DNA from: a virus
Taxonomy: Duplodnaviria > Caudoviricetes
Length of the DNA: 64,000 nucleotides
IMG/VR virus record: IMGVR_UViG_3300037067_013379
Coordinates: 1-64,000 of that record
Reading direction: 5' to 3' (one strand)
The notes under the pieces were generated by a model. It had not been told where the DNA came from, did no database searches, and saw only the letters and a program-made list of their open reading frames with translations. The position numbers were made by a program, and so were the translations under genes. This document shows, piece after piece, positions 27,276-36,778 of this stretch (positions are counted from its first letter, which is position 1; every line of letters begins with the position of its first letter).

Positions 27276-27977
27276 GTGAGTTTAGTTGTGATCGTCCCAT
27301 CACGGGGCCGTCCCCATTCCGTTGCCGGGCTCGCCGAGGCGTTCGTCGGCACCACGCACGACCGGGACACCCGACTCTGGATCGCCGTTGACTCCGACGA
27401 CCCGGACCTCGGCCGGTACCGGGACGCGGTTGACCGGGTCGACGATCCACGGGTCACGGTGACGGCGGTCCTCGGCGGGTACATGTCGGTAGCCCTCAAC
27501 GAGGCCGCTACGGCTGCCGTGGGCGACCCCACCGTTGACGCCGTGGGCTTCATGGGCGATGACCACCGACCCCGCACCGGGGGCTGGGACATCGCGTACC
27601 GGTCCGCCCTGGCGGAGATGGGAGGGGCCGGGATCGTCTATGGCGACGATGGGTTGCAGTCCGAGGCGCTACCGACCCAATGTGCCATGTCCGCGAGCAT
27701 CGTGCGGACACTCGGCTGGATGTGTCCGCCGGTTCTGCGGCACCTGTGGATCGACAACTTCTGGTTGGACCTTGGTCGGGCCGCTGGATGCCTACGGTAC
27801 CTACCCGGCATCGTGGTCGAGCACATGCACCCGTACAACGGCAAGGCCGAGATGGATGCCGGATATGAGCGGGTCAACTCCACCGAGATGATCGACGCTG
27901 ACAAGGCCGCGTACGAACGGTACGTGGCCAAGTGCCTTGATCGTGACGTCGAGATGGTGAGGGCGCTCCGTGGCTGA
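27276..27977 (+). CDS. GT2-like glycosyltransferase
   Basis: VIVPSRGRP, FMGDD, HLWIDN and VEHMH motifs. Confidence 0.78.
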   Translation: MSLVVIVPSRGRPHSVAGLAEAFVGTTHDRDTRLWIAVDSDDPDLGRYRDAVDRVDDPRVTVTAVLGGYMSVALNEAATAAVGDPTVDAVGFMGDDHRPRTGGWDIAYRSALAEMGGAGIVYGDDGLQSEALPTQCAMSASIVRTLGWMCPPVLRHLWIDNFWLDLGRAAGCLRYLPGIVVEHMHPYNGKAEMDAGYERVNSTEMIDADKAAYERYVAKCLDRDVEMVRALRG

Positions 27978-28578
27978 ACATCGTCTCCACGATCCCGCCG
28001 TGGTGCCAGAGTGCACGACCCGGCAGTGGTACGCCGGCCGGGAGCACGCTCCGCACCTGGAGCAGCCGACCCACCGGGCGCGGCTGCTCGCAGCGGCATC
28101 TGCTGTCGTCGAGGCTGGGCAGATGCTTGGCGCGTCCACCGTCGTTGACCTCGGGGCCGGGGATGGTGGTCTCCTGTCGCTCCTCGGGCCGGGTCTCACC
28201 GGTTGGGGGTATGACCTGCAACCGACCAACGTCGCAGCGGCGCGGAACCGTAACGTCGACGTGAAACTCGCCGATATCACCACCGATCCGATCGTGTGGG
28301 GTGAAATCGTGGTAGCGACCGAGTTACTGGAACACCTCCGCGACCCCCATGGGCTGGTGATCCAAGCGGCACGTCACGGCCGGGCGCTGGTCTGCTCGGC
28401 GCCATGCGAGGAAACCCGCGAGTCGCACTACGAACACCACGTGTGGGCATGGGACCAGACAGGTTTCGCGGCGATGATCACCAACGGGGGTTGGCGGATC
28501 GTACGCCACGGCACCGTGTCAGCCACCCAGATCGTGTTGGCGGTACCGGAGAGACGGGAGTGGGGATGCGTTCGTTGA
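27970..28578 (+). CDS. Class I SAM methyltransferase
   Basis: VVDLGAGDG, GYDL and ELLEHL.DP motifs. Confidence 0.82.
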   Translation: MAEHRLHDPAVVPECTTRQWYAGREHAPHLEQPTHRARLLAAASAVVEAGQMLGASTVVDLGAGDGGLLSLLGPGLTGWGYDLQPTNVAAARNRNVDVKLADITTDPIVWGEIVVATELLEHLRDPHGLVIQAARHGRALVCSAPCEETRESHYEHHVWAWDQTGFAAMITNGGWRIVRHGTVSATQIVLAVPERREWGCVR

Positions 28579-29489
28579 GGGCGATGGTCACCGGCGATTC
28601 CGGGTTCATCGGACGGCATATGCGGGTCGCGCTGGAACGGCGGGGCTGGGACGTGGTCGGTTGTGATCTGAGGACCGGCAGCGACGCGAGGGACGTGTTC
28701 CTGTCCGACGACAACGTCTATGACCTGGTGGTGCATTGCGCCTACCACGTCGGGGGCAGAGCGGCCATCGACGGTGAACCCCGGCTCCTGGCCGCGAACC
28801 TAGAACTGGACGCGCGACTATTCGACTGGGCTGTTCGCACCGGACAGCGGCACGTGTTGTACTACTCGTCTTCTGCCGCGTACCCGATCCGCCTCCAGGA
28901 GGCTACCGCTGCCGTTCGGATCCTTGGTGGCGACTACGACCGCAGCCGGCCGTGGGTACCCCTTGACGAGGACATGATCGACAATCGGGCGTTGGAGCAG
29001 CCCGACGCGCGTTACGGATGGGCGAAACTGACGGGTGAGCGGCTTGCCGAGTCAGCACGGCTCTCCGGTCTCCGCGTACACGTCGTCAGACCATTCAGCG
29101 GCTACGGCGAAGACCAAGACCTGACCTACCCATTCCCAGCGATCCTCCGCCGCGTCCTCACCGGCGAACTGTCGGTATGGGGACCGCCCGGACAGTACCG
29201 GGACTGGGTCCACGTCGATGACGTGATCGGCTGTTCCCTCGCCGTCATAGACCAGGACGTTGACGGGCCGGTGAATATCTGCTCCGGTGTTGGGGTCGAG
29301 ATGGGTGATCTCGCGGTTCGTATGGCTGGGATCGCCGGGGTCGCGGTTCCGGGCGAGGTGACCTACCTGCGAGATCGGCCGACGGGTGTCATGGTCAGGG
29401 TCGGATCACCAGCCCGGATGGTCGAGATCTACCGGCCGACGGTTGACCTTGACGAGGGAATCCGTAGGGCGATCGGGGACCGGCGATGA
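28566..29489 (+). CDS. NAD-dependent epimerase/dehydratase (NDP-sugar SDR)
   Basis: TGDSGFIG; YSSSAAY; YGWAK (YxxxK); RDWVHVDD. Confidence 0.88.
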   Translation: MRSLRAMVTGDSGFIGRHMRVALERRGWDVVGCDLRTGSDARDVFLSDDNVYDLVVHCAYHVGGRAAIDGEPRLLAANLELDARLFDWAVRTGQRHVLYYSSSAAYPIRLQEATAAVRILGGDYDRSRPWVPLDEDMIDNRALEQPDARYGWAKLTGERLAESARLSGLRVHVVRPFSGYGEDQDLTYPFPAILRRVLTGELSVWGPPGQYRDWVHVDDVIGCSLAVIDQDVDGPVNICSGVGVEMGDLAVRMAGIAGVAVPGEVTYLRDRPTGVMVRVGSPARMVEIYRPTVDLDEGIRRAIGDRR

Positions 29490-29692
29490 TCCTTCCTCCG
29501 GAGCGGCACCAGATCGAGGCAGGGATCGTGCCGTTGGAGCACGTTCGGAGTTCGCTCGACGTCGCGTCGATCACCGTGTTCGCCCTTGTCGGATATATGA
29601 CCAATAATGGGATTCCGATGGATGCTCGGATCACGGCCGACACGTTCCACGACCAGCCGTTCCTCGAACTCACCTGGGAGCCGCCATCGTGA
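29486..29692 (+). CDS. Small hypothetical protein
   Basis: Translationally coupled on both sides. Confidence 0.55.
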   Translation: MILPPERHQIEAGIVPLEHVRSSLDVASITVFALVGYMTNNGIPMDARITADTFHDQPFLELTWEPPS

Positions 29693-30462
29693 CCGTGTGG
29701 GTCGTGATCCCCTGGCGTGCCGGCTGCCCCTACCGGGAGGCCGCGTTCGACTATGTGACCCGGTGGTGGTCCCGCACCTACCCGGACTGGCCGGTTGTGG
29801 TCGGCCCGTGGCCGGAGGAATGGGGGCCGTGGCGGAAGGGCTGCGCGGTACGCAACGCCGGTGTCCACCCAGGGCCTGACGATGTGGTCGTCGTGTCGGA
29901 CGCGGACGTCATCCCGGTGGGGGTCGGGGAGGCCGTTGAATCGGTTGGTTCCGGGGGTTGGGGGCGTCCCGTGGCCAGGTGGGCTATGCCGTTCCGGATG
30001 GTCCACCGGTTGTCCCGGGCCGGATCGGAACTGGTCACGTCGGGGCGGCTTGGGTTGCCGGACGGGCCGGTTCCGAAGATGCCCGGGGTGATCGAGGAGT
30101 CGTATGTGGGGTCGGCCGGGGGCGGGACCGTGGTGTTACGGGGCGATGTGTTCAACGCGGTTCCGATCGATCCGAGGTTCGCCGGGTATGGGCAGGAGGA
30201 CCTGTCGTGGTCCCTCGCGCTACACCGGTTGGCCGGTGCGCCAACGATGCGCTCGGCCCCGTTGTGGCACCTGTGGCACCCGCCCCAGGAACGTATGCGC
30301 CGTGGTGCGACGGTGTCCCGGGGGGTTGGATCGGAGGCGGGGCTGCGGTTGTGGCATCGGTACCGGCAGGCGACCACGCCGGCTGTGATGCGTGTCCTCC
30401 TCGCGGAGACTGGGGACGAGTTCATACGGTTGATGGGAGATGTGGATGTTAGTGCGTGTTGA
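29689..30462 (+). CDS. GT2/galactosyltransferase-like glycosyltransferase
   Basis: VVIPWR, SDADV, GGG and FAGYGQED (GWGGED-like) motifs. Confidence 0.78.
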   Translation: MTVWVVIPWRAGCPYREAAFDYVTRWWSRTYPDWPVVVGPWPEEWGPWRKGCAVRNAGVHPGPDDVVVVSDADVIPVGVGEAVESVGSGGWGRPVARWAMPFRMVHRLSRAGSELVTSGRLGLPDGPVPKMPGVIEESYVGSAGGGTVVLRGDVFNAVPIDPRFAGYGQEDLSWSLALHRLAGAPTMRSAPLWHLWHPPQERMRRGATVSRGVGSEAGLRLWHRYRQATTPAVMRVLLAETGDEFIRLMGDVDVSAC

Positions 30463-30712
30463 GGTGGAGTTCGATGACACGGTGATGTCGATCGTTCAGC
30501 AGGACGTGTTGTCGTACTCCAGGGATGTGTGTTCGGGGGCCGCAGTCCTCGCGATGGGCCGGTGTGCGGGTCTGATGATCGCGGCCCTGGGCGCCGGGTC
30601 CCGGACGTCTACCGAGGTGCTGGTGGAGGAGTTCCACGAGGCCGTACTCCGGGCGTCCCGGAGCACGGCCCCAGGTTCGACTCACACCTGCGATGGGGTC
30701 GCGTGTTGTTGA
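30446..30712 (+). CDS. Hypothetical protein
   Basis: GGAG upstream; overlaps the end of the GT gene. Confidence 0.45.
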   Translation: MLVRVEVEFDDTVMSIVQQDVLSYSRDVCSGAAVLAMGRCAGLMIAALGAGSRTSTEVLVEEFHEAVLRASRSTAPGSTHTCDGVACC

Positions 30713-30715
30713 TCG

Positions 30716-31774
30716 TTAGCGGGTCGCTGTGGTGCGGCCCCGTGCCCGTTGGAGTGCCGGGATCTGTGCGAACAGGTCCCGTGCCCGTGTCGGGGCGGAC
30801 GTCGCGGGGGCGATCGTCGGCCCGTCCGGGGTCGCCCCTCGGCGTTCCCCCTCGCAGCACGCGCAGGACCCGGCAGGTTGGCCAGGGTGACGTCCGCAGT
30901 CGTTCTTGGGGTCCTTGGGTGGGGCTGGTACGAACACGGCGCCAGGGATCCACCAGGGGCCGCGAGCGATGATGCGTTGCGGACCGGCCGTGGTCGGCCC
31001 GTACGTCTTGCCCTCGGCGAGTTCGATGATGACCTGGTAGGCGACCGGGGCGGGTAGTCCATCGGTGATCGCCTGCCGAATCGCTGCCCGGACGACTTCC
31101 GGTTTCCAGGTGGGTTGGTGGCGGATCGCGTCCATGATCGCTTTGGTTTCCTCGTCGGAGGTTTCCTCCCCCCCCGTTTTGGGGTCGGCTACGACGGTGG
31201 GTGCCGGTGGTGCGGGGGGTAGGGGGGAGTTCTTCTTGGTACTTCTTAAAGCAGGTACTTCTTCCTTTAACGACGGCTGGTTAGGGCCTAAAGATCCGTC
31301 GATGGTGTGACCTGCGGAAACGTTGTCTTTCCGCTGCTCGTCACCGTTGACGTGTTCACCATCGACGGAACCACCATCGACGGTGGATCCGTCGATGGTC
31401 GGGATATCACCGGCGAACGGGTCGAACCCCTTCGGGCGGGCCTTCATGAATACCCTCCACTCCCAACGGAACCGGCCGTGTCCCATGTTGACGCGTCGGG
31501 TGTACAGGTACCGCTTGTCGCGGAGGCCCTTGAGGATCGACGAGATCTTGTCGCGTCCCAGTTCGGGGGCGAGGTCGTTGATGCCAGCCCGGGACGTGTT
31601 CCACTGCCGGCCGGTTCCGGGGCGGAGGGTGAGGAGCGCGGCGAGCATGCCGCGTTCGTGGAGGGTGAGTCCGGCGTAGTCGTCCTCGCCCCGGTGGAGG
31701 GCGTTCGGGGATATCAGGAAGTGGTCGGCGAGGGACTCGGTGATGATCCCGATCTCGATGTCGGACGTGGTCAT
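30716..31774 (-). CDS. Phage replication initiator (N-terminal winged HTH, internal iterons)
   Basis: F..SPN...LTL.ERG.LAALL...W...G.D.I...L..L...YL pattern; low-complexity linker carrying CCATCGACGG repeats. Confidence 0.72.
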   Translation of the reverse strand: MTTSDIEIGIITESLADHFLISPNALHRGEDDYAGLTLHERGMLAALLTLRPGTGRQWNTSRAGINDLAPELGRDKISSILKGLRDKRYLYTRRVNMGHGRFRWEWRVFMKARPKGFDPFAGDIPTIDGSTVDGGSVDGEHVNGDEQRKDNVSAGHTIDGSLGPNQPSLKEEVPALRSTKKNSPLPPAPPAPTVVADPKTGGEETSDEETKAIMDAIRHQPTWKPEVVRAAIRQAITDGLPAPVAYQVIIELAEGKTYGPTTAGPQRIIARGPWWIPGAVFVPAPPKDPKNDCGRHPGQPAGSCACCEGERRGATPDGPTIAPATSAPTRARDLFAQIPALQRARGRTTATR

Positions 31775-32001
31775 GATCACGGTTCCTTTTGTGCTAATGG
31801 AACCGAACAAGGTACGATCCGTGTGCGTGTTGCGGACCTACGAGGTTCGGTTTCCGGCCCGTCACCGGTTGGCCCCGGGGACGGGCCTGATTATTGACCT
31901 CTACCGGATTGCTGGTCGCGGCGGGTATGCTTGCCGTGGTGAGTGTTTCGCGGCGCTCATTCCGCCTTCTGCGTCGGCGGTTGTGTGTTGACGAGAGAGC
32001 G

Positions 32002-32343
32002 TCACCCTCCGTGGTTGGGGGTGACGCTTTCGTCGTTGGTGGCACCGTTGGCCCGGTTACGGGCCTTGCGGAGGCGGATGGACAGGTACGACGGGTTCAT
32101 CCCGAGGTGCTCGACGATCCGCGACTGGGTGCCGCGACCGTCGGGGCCCGCGGCGTCGATGATGTCGAGGATCCTGTCATCCCGCCGTTCGGATGCGCTG
32201 CAGAGCATCTCCCGATATGCGGCCTGGGCCGCGACGATGTCCCTACGGGCCTTCTCCCTGACCGCCTCGTACTCCGCGACGATGTCGTCGAGTTCGGCGA
32301 TCTCTGCGTCGTCGAGGCCGCGCCGGTTCGGTGTGTGTTCCAT
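32002..32343 (-). CDS. Coiled-coil + HTH DNA-binding protein
   Basis: GTQSRIVEHLGMNPSYLSIRL HTH pattern. Confidence 0.6.
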   Translation of the reverse strand: MEHTPNRRGLDDAEIAELDDIVAEYEAVREKARRDIVAAQAAYREMLCSASERRDDRILDIIDAAGPDGRGTQSRIVEHLGMNPSYLSIRLRKARNRANGATNDESVTPNHGG

Positions 32344-32566
32344 GCCGACAGGCTATGTCCCTTGATCGGGGAACACAACTTTGTTCTCCTGCATTTAGCA
32401 GCACACAGAATATCGTGACCAATCTTCAAGATCGTGATACTTTGCCGGTACAGGTCAACTCCCCGGTGCTGCCACGGTCCGGCCGGGTCGAGGGACCGAC
32501 ATCGACACGCACCGGTGCCGCCGCGGTCCGGCCGGGCGTTCCCTAACACTGCAAAGGCAGACGATC

Positions 32567-34387
32567 ATGGGATACGAGTTCCCGTTCGCGGTGCCGGAGG
32601 ATTTGTCCACCGCGACCGACGACGAACTGACCACGCTACTGACCAGCGTCCGCGAACACGCCGGAACGTTCTCCGGCGTCACCCCAAACCGCGACGTCAT
32701 CGACGCCCTCACCGCATGCCGCGACCTCGCACGCAGCGTCACCGACACCCTGTCCGTGCGCAGTGAGGCACGCGCGCTCGCCGCCGACATCGACACCACC
32801 ACGGCCCCGGCCCCGGCCCAGGCGGCGGCGGCGGCCGACGCCGACGGTGGTGGCGCTTCCGACACCGACGCCGACACCGACGAGGGCGGCACCGACGCCG
32901 ACGAGGGCGGCACCGACGCCGACGGGGGCGGTGCCGTCACGGCTGCGGCGAAGACCCGGAACCCGTCCGTCCGCGACATCGCCGCCCGACGCGCCGGAAC
33001 CCCCGACCTCCCCGACAACATCCTCCACACCACCGTGACGATGCACGCGGCAGCCGACGTACCCGGCCGGTTCTCCACCGGCCAGACCCTCGAAGGGTTC
33101 GGCGACGCGGTCAAGGCCCTGTCGTACCAGGTCGACCGGTACCCCCGGGCGCGCGATGCGGGCGCCACGATCGTCCGCAGGGGCGCTGACATCGAGACGA
33201 TGATCGTCGCCGAGGACGGAACGGCACGATTCGAGATGCGGACCTTCACCCGTCACGGCGGGGTCGAGTTCCGGCGGCAGTTCCCGAAGGAACTTCGCGT
33301 TCCGGACGGTGCCGACGGGTATCCGGTCGCGCAGTTCGCGGCGTCGGAGCGGCGCCTCCCGGGCGGTTCCCTCGCCGCGTCGTTCGCACAGCAGGTGAAG
33401 GGCGGCCGGCCGATCACGGCCGCCGCGGGATGGTGCGCGCCGTCCGAGCCGATCTACGACCTGTGCGAACTGTCGACGCTCGACGGCATCCTCGACGTCC
33501 CGGAGCTCCAGACCGAGCGGGGCGGTTGGCAGATCCCGACCGGCGGCGGCCCCAACTTCGCCACCGTGTGGTCCGGGATCGGCAACTCCGGCACCACGCA
33601 CCTCACCGAGGCGGAGGTGATCGCCGAGTCGCCGTCGAAGTACTGTTTCGACATCCCGTGTCCGGGATTCACCGACACGCGTCTGGGTGTCGACTACTTC
33701 TGTCTCACCGGGTCGTTGCTGCAGCGTCGCGGGTATCCAGAGGTTGTGCGGTGGTTCAGCAACCAGGCAATGATCGCCCTCCCACACAAGATCAACATGG
33801 GTTTCATTGCCGCGATCGTCGCCGCGTCCGGCGCCGCCACGGTCATCCCGACCGACGCGACGTGTGACGACGCGATCTCCAGCCTCCTCGGCGCCGTCGA
33901 CCTCGCCATCGCCGACGCCAAGTACCGCAACCGCATGGCATTCAACGGCACCCTCGAGGTCGTGCTGCCGATGTGGGTCCTGACGCAGTTGCGCGCGGCC
34001 GGCACGCGCCGTACGGGCGTCGACATGGTCGGGATCACCGACGCGCAGATCGTCGAGTGGTTCACGATCCGTAAGGCCGTGCCGCGGTTCGTGTACGACT
34101 GGCAGGACGCGTTCAGCGGCGTGTCGGCCGGTCCCGGTGGCGCCACCCCGCTGTCCGCCCTTCCCCTCACGGCCGACTTCCTGATCTACCCGGCCGGCAC
34201 GTGGGTCAAGGCGGTGCAACCGGTCGTATCCCTGGACACGGTGTACGACTCGACCAAACTCCTGACGAACGAGTACACGGCGATGTTCGTCGAGGACGGC
34301 TGGGCGGCGCTGCAGATGTGCCCGCTCTCCCGCCTCTACACCACCTCGGTCGACCCGGGTTGCATGTGCATCTGCGCCCACTCCTGA
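32567..34387 (+). CDS. Major capsid protein (hexamer type, with N-terminal scaffold-like region)
   Basis: ITAAAGWCAPSEPIYD, RGG and ...V.LDT.YDST..TN.YTA.F.E motifs of cluster-B-type capsids. Confidence 0.85.
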   Translation: MGYEFPFAVPEDLSTATDDELTTLLTSVREHAGTFSGVTPNRDVIDALTACRDLARSVTDTLSVRSEARALAADIDTTTAPAPAQAAAAADADGGGASDTDADTDEGGTDADEGGTDADGGGAVTAAAKTRNPSVRDIAARRAGTPDLPDNILHTTVTMHAAADVPGRFSTGQTLEGFGDAVKALSYQVDRYPRARDAGATIVRRGADIETMIVAEDGTARFEMRTFTRHGGVEFRRQFPKELRVPDGADGYPVAQFAASERRLPGGSLAASFAQQVKGGRPITAAAGWCAPSEPIYDLCELSTLDGILDVPELQTERGGWQIPTGGGPNFATVWSGIGNSGTTHLTEAEVIAESPSKYCFDIPCPGFTDTRLGVDYFCLTGSLLQRRGYPEVVRWFSNQAMIALPHKINMGFIAAIVAASGAATVIPTDATCDDAISSLLGAVDLAIADAKYRNRMAFNGTLEVVLPMWVLTQLRAAGTRRTGVDMVGITDAQIVEWFTIRKAVPRFVYDWQDAFSGVSAGPGGATPLSALPLTADFLIYPAGTWVKAVQPVVSLDTVYDSTKLLTNEYTAMFVEDGWAALQMCPLSRLYTTSVDPGCMCICAHS

Positions 34388-34425
34388 CCGTCGACCCCGG
34401 TCGACATGAAGGGAGGTGAGCGACC

Positions 34426-35226
34426 ATGGTGATCACGCCACCGCAGGTGGTGCCGCCACCGCAGCCCCTCGGCCTCCGCTACGGACTCCTGAAGGTTGCG
34501 GGCCCGATCGACCTGCCAACCCACGCGCTGGCGGGCGGGATCGTATACGAACCGGTGTCGTGCGGATTCGCCAGAACATACGCGACGCTGTGTCACACCG
34601 ATGAACGAATCGAACAAAAGGAGTTTGACCCGGACGACACGCCCATCACTCGCGAATCGTTCGTGATCTACGCGTCCCTCGCCTGCGGAAGCGCCGGGAA
34701 GACGTCGGCGGACCTCGAAGCCAAGGTGCGCCGACGGCTGGCCAACGGCGAACAGTCCCAGGCGGAGGCCGGAATGGCGACGATCCTCGCCGCCGGTGCC
34801 ACCCCGCTGATCCCACCGGGACTAACCCTCGCGGACACGGTCGGCGAACTGGAGCAGTGGCTATACGGATCCGACGTGTTGCCGGCCCCGGCCGACGCGC
34901 AGTACGGAAACGTCGGCTACCTCCACGCCTCACCGCGGATCGCCGCCCATGCGATGGACGCGGACCTCATCGTTCCCGACGGTCCGCTCCTGCGTACCCG
35001 CATGGGCACGATCTGGTCGTTCGGCGGCGGATACCCGGACGACGGCACCATCTACATCTCGGGCAACGTCACCGTGTGGCGGGCCCCAGACGTGTTCGTG
35101 TCGCCGCCACAGCAACTCCTCAACCAGGCAACGAACCAATATCATCTGATAGCGGAACGTGAATATGTGGTGTCGTACGACTGCGTCGCCGCATCCGCCA
35201 TCTACAACTGGGGCATCCCAACATGA
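34426..35226 (+). CDS. Second capsid-family protein (pentamer type)
   Basis: P.P.RYGLL N-terminus; AER.Y.V.YDC C-terminus; directly after the major capsid gene. Confidence 0.6.
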   Translation: MVITPPQVVPPPQPLGLRYGLLKVAGPIDLPTHALAGGIVYEPVSCGFARTYATLCHTDERIEQKEFDPDDTPITRESFVIYASLACGSAGKTSADLEAKVRRRLANGEQSQAEAGMATILAAGATPLIPPGLTLADTVGELEQWLYGSDVLPAPADAQYGNVGYLHASPRIAAHAMDADLIVPDGPLLRTRMGTIWSFGGGYPDDGTIYISGNVTVWRAPDVFVSPPQQLLNQATNQYHLIAEREYVVSYDCVAASAIYNWGIPT

Positions 35227-35513
35227 CGATCATCATCAAGGACGTCCCGGGACTGACCACCCGCGAACTCCTCGACGCGCTCATGGACATCACCGGTTCG
35301 GTCACCACCGGACACGGCGGGTTTGTGGTCGAGGAGGAGGTAGCCGAGCAGTTCCTCTCGGCCTACCTCGTCGCATCCGGGCAACGACCCGCCACGGCCG
35401 GTACGCCGGCCGTGGCCGGGCCGCCCGATGGTCCATCCAGGGACGTCGACGCACCCGGGCCGGAACCGGCCCGGACGACAACCCGCCGTGCGGGCAGACG
35501 AAAGGAGGCGTAG
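35223..35513 (+). CDS. Small virion-module protein
   Basis: Coupled ORF in the structural operon. Confidence 0.6.
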   Translation: MTIIIKDVPGLTTRELLDALMDITGSVTTGHGGFVVEEEVAEQFLSAYLVASGQRPATAGTPAVAGPPDGPSRDVDAPGPEPARTTTRRAGRRKEA

Positions 35514-36211
35514 TGGCAACCTGCGTGAGTTACCTGCAAGGACTCGTGATCCGGGCGACGAAACTGGACACGTGCGGAGCCCCGGTCGCCGGCACGTGCT
35601 CCACCGTGACCAGCAAAGGCTTCATCTCGATGGAGATCGAGGCCGACGAGGCGAGCGGAAACGAGATCGCCCCGACGCTCGCCGACGGCACACGCTGCTA
35701 CTACCACCTGACCCCGAAGCAGCTCAACGGCATCAAGGTCAACATCGAGTTGTGCCAGGTCGACCCGGAACTCGTCAACCTGGTAACCGGATCGCCGCTC
35801 GTCGTCGACGACACGTCACCGACCCCGGCGTCGATCGGGTTCACCACCGACAGCGCGGCGTACGGCCTCGCCAACGTCGCCATCGAGTTGTGGATGAACA
35901 TCGCCGGTGGCGGCTGCTCGTCCGCATCCGGGCGCAAGTGGGGTTACTACCTCCTGCCCTGGCTGCACCAGGGAACCGTGGGGAAGCCCACGGTCGAGAA
36001 TGACGCGGTCAACTTCACGATCAACGAGGCGATCACGCGGGACGGCAACCAGTGGGGTGTCGGCCCGTACAACATCCAGAACACCGCCCTCGGCGTCCCC
36101 TCGCCGCTCTTCACGGCGCTGTCCAGCACGGCGCACGACCTGCTCATGCCCGTCAACCTTGCACCGCCGAGCGCGGTGTGCGGCTGCCAGACCCTCGTCA
36201 TCCCAACCTGA
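35513..36211 (+). CDS. Major tail protein
   Basis: AAAGGAGG RBS; IRATKLDTCG.P, VTSKGF and FCxVDP-like LCQVDP motifs. Confidence 0.78.
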   Translation: MATCVSYLQGLVIRATKLDTCGAPVAGTCSTVTSKGFISMEIEADEASGNEIAPTLADGTRCYYHLTPKQLNGIKVNIELCQVDPELVNLVTGSPLVVDDTSPTPASIGFTTDSAAYGLANVAIELWMNIAGGGCSSASGRKWGYYLLPWLHQGTVGKPTVENDAVNFTINEAITRDGNQWGVGPYNIQNTALGVPSPLFTALSSTAHDLLMPVNLAPPSAVCGCQTLVIPT

Positions 36212-36337
36212 CCGAAACCCCGGGCCGGCCCCACATCCGTCGGGGCCGGCCCGGCGATCGGAGGTCCCCGTGGCGCTTCCCATCGACGTCAACACGTGGC
36301 GACGCGCCACCCTCAACACCTTCTGAGGAGCACCACC

Positions 36338-36778
36338 ATGACGATTCGCCTCCCGGTCGCGTCGCGGAACGCCGCAGCCGACGCGATAGCCGCGCGGACT
36401 GATGCCGGTGCCGGCTCGGGCCTCGTGCGGGTCTACACCGGTAGCCAGCCGGCATCGGCCGACCTCGCCGCCACCGGAACCCTCCTCGCCGCGTTCACCA
36501 CCAACGACCCGGCGTTCGCGGCGGCCGGTTCCGGCACCGCGACCCTCGATGTCACCCCCGCGTTGTCCACGGTCGGGGTAGCGGCCGGCGACGCCGGATG
36601 GTTCCGCGTCGTCGACTCCACCGGCGCCACCGTCATCGACTCCACCGGCGCCACCGTCATCGACGGGTCCGTCTCGGCGTCCGGCGGCGGAGGTGACCTG
36701 ATCATGAGTACGATCACGGTCAGTGTCGGCCTGACCCTCCAACTGACCGCCGGAACGATGACCATGCCTGCGTCATGA
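36338..36778 (+). CDS. Virion structural protein
   Basis: RVYTGSQPASAD...AGWFRV...DGSV motifs; contains a 24-bp tandem duplication. Confidence 0.65.
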   Translation: MTIRLPVASRNAAADAIAARTDAGAGSGLVRVYTGSQPASADLAATGTLLAAFTTNDPAFAAAGSGTATLDVTPALSTVGVAAGDAGWFRVVDSTGATVIDSTGATVIDGSVSASGGGGDLIMSTITVSVGLTLQLTAGTMTMPAS

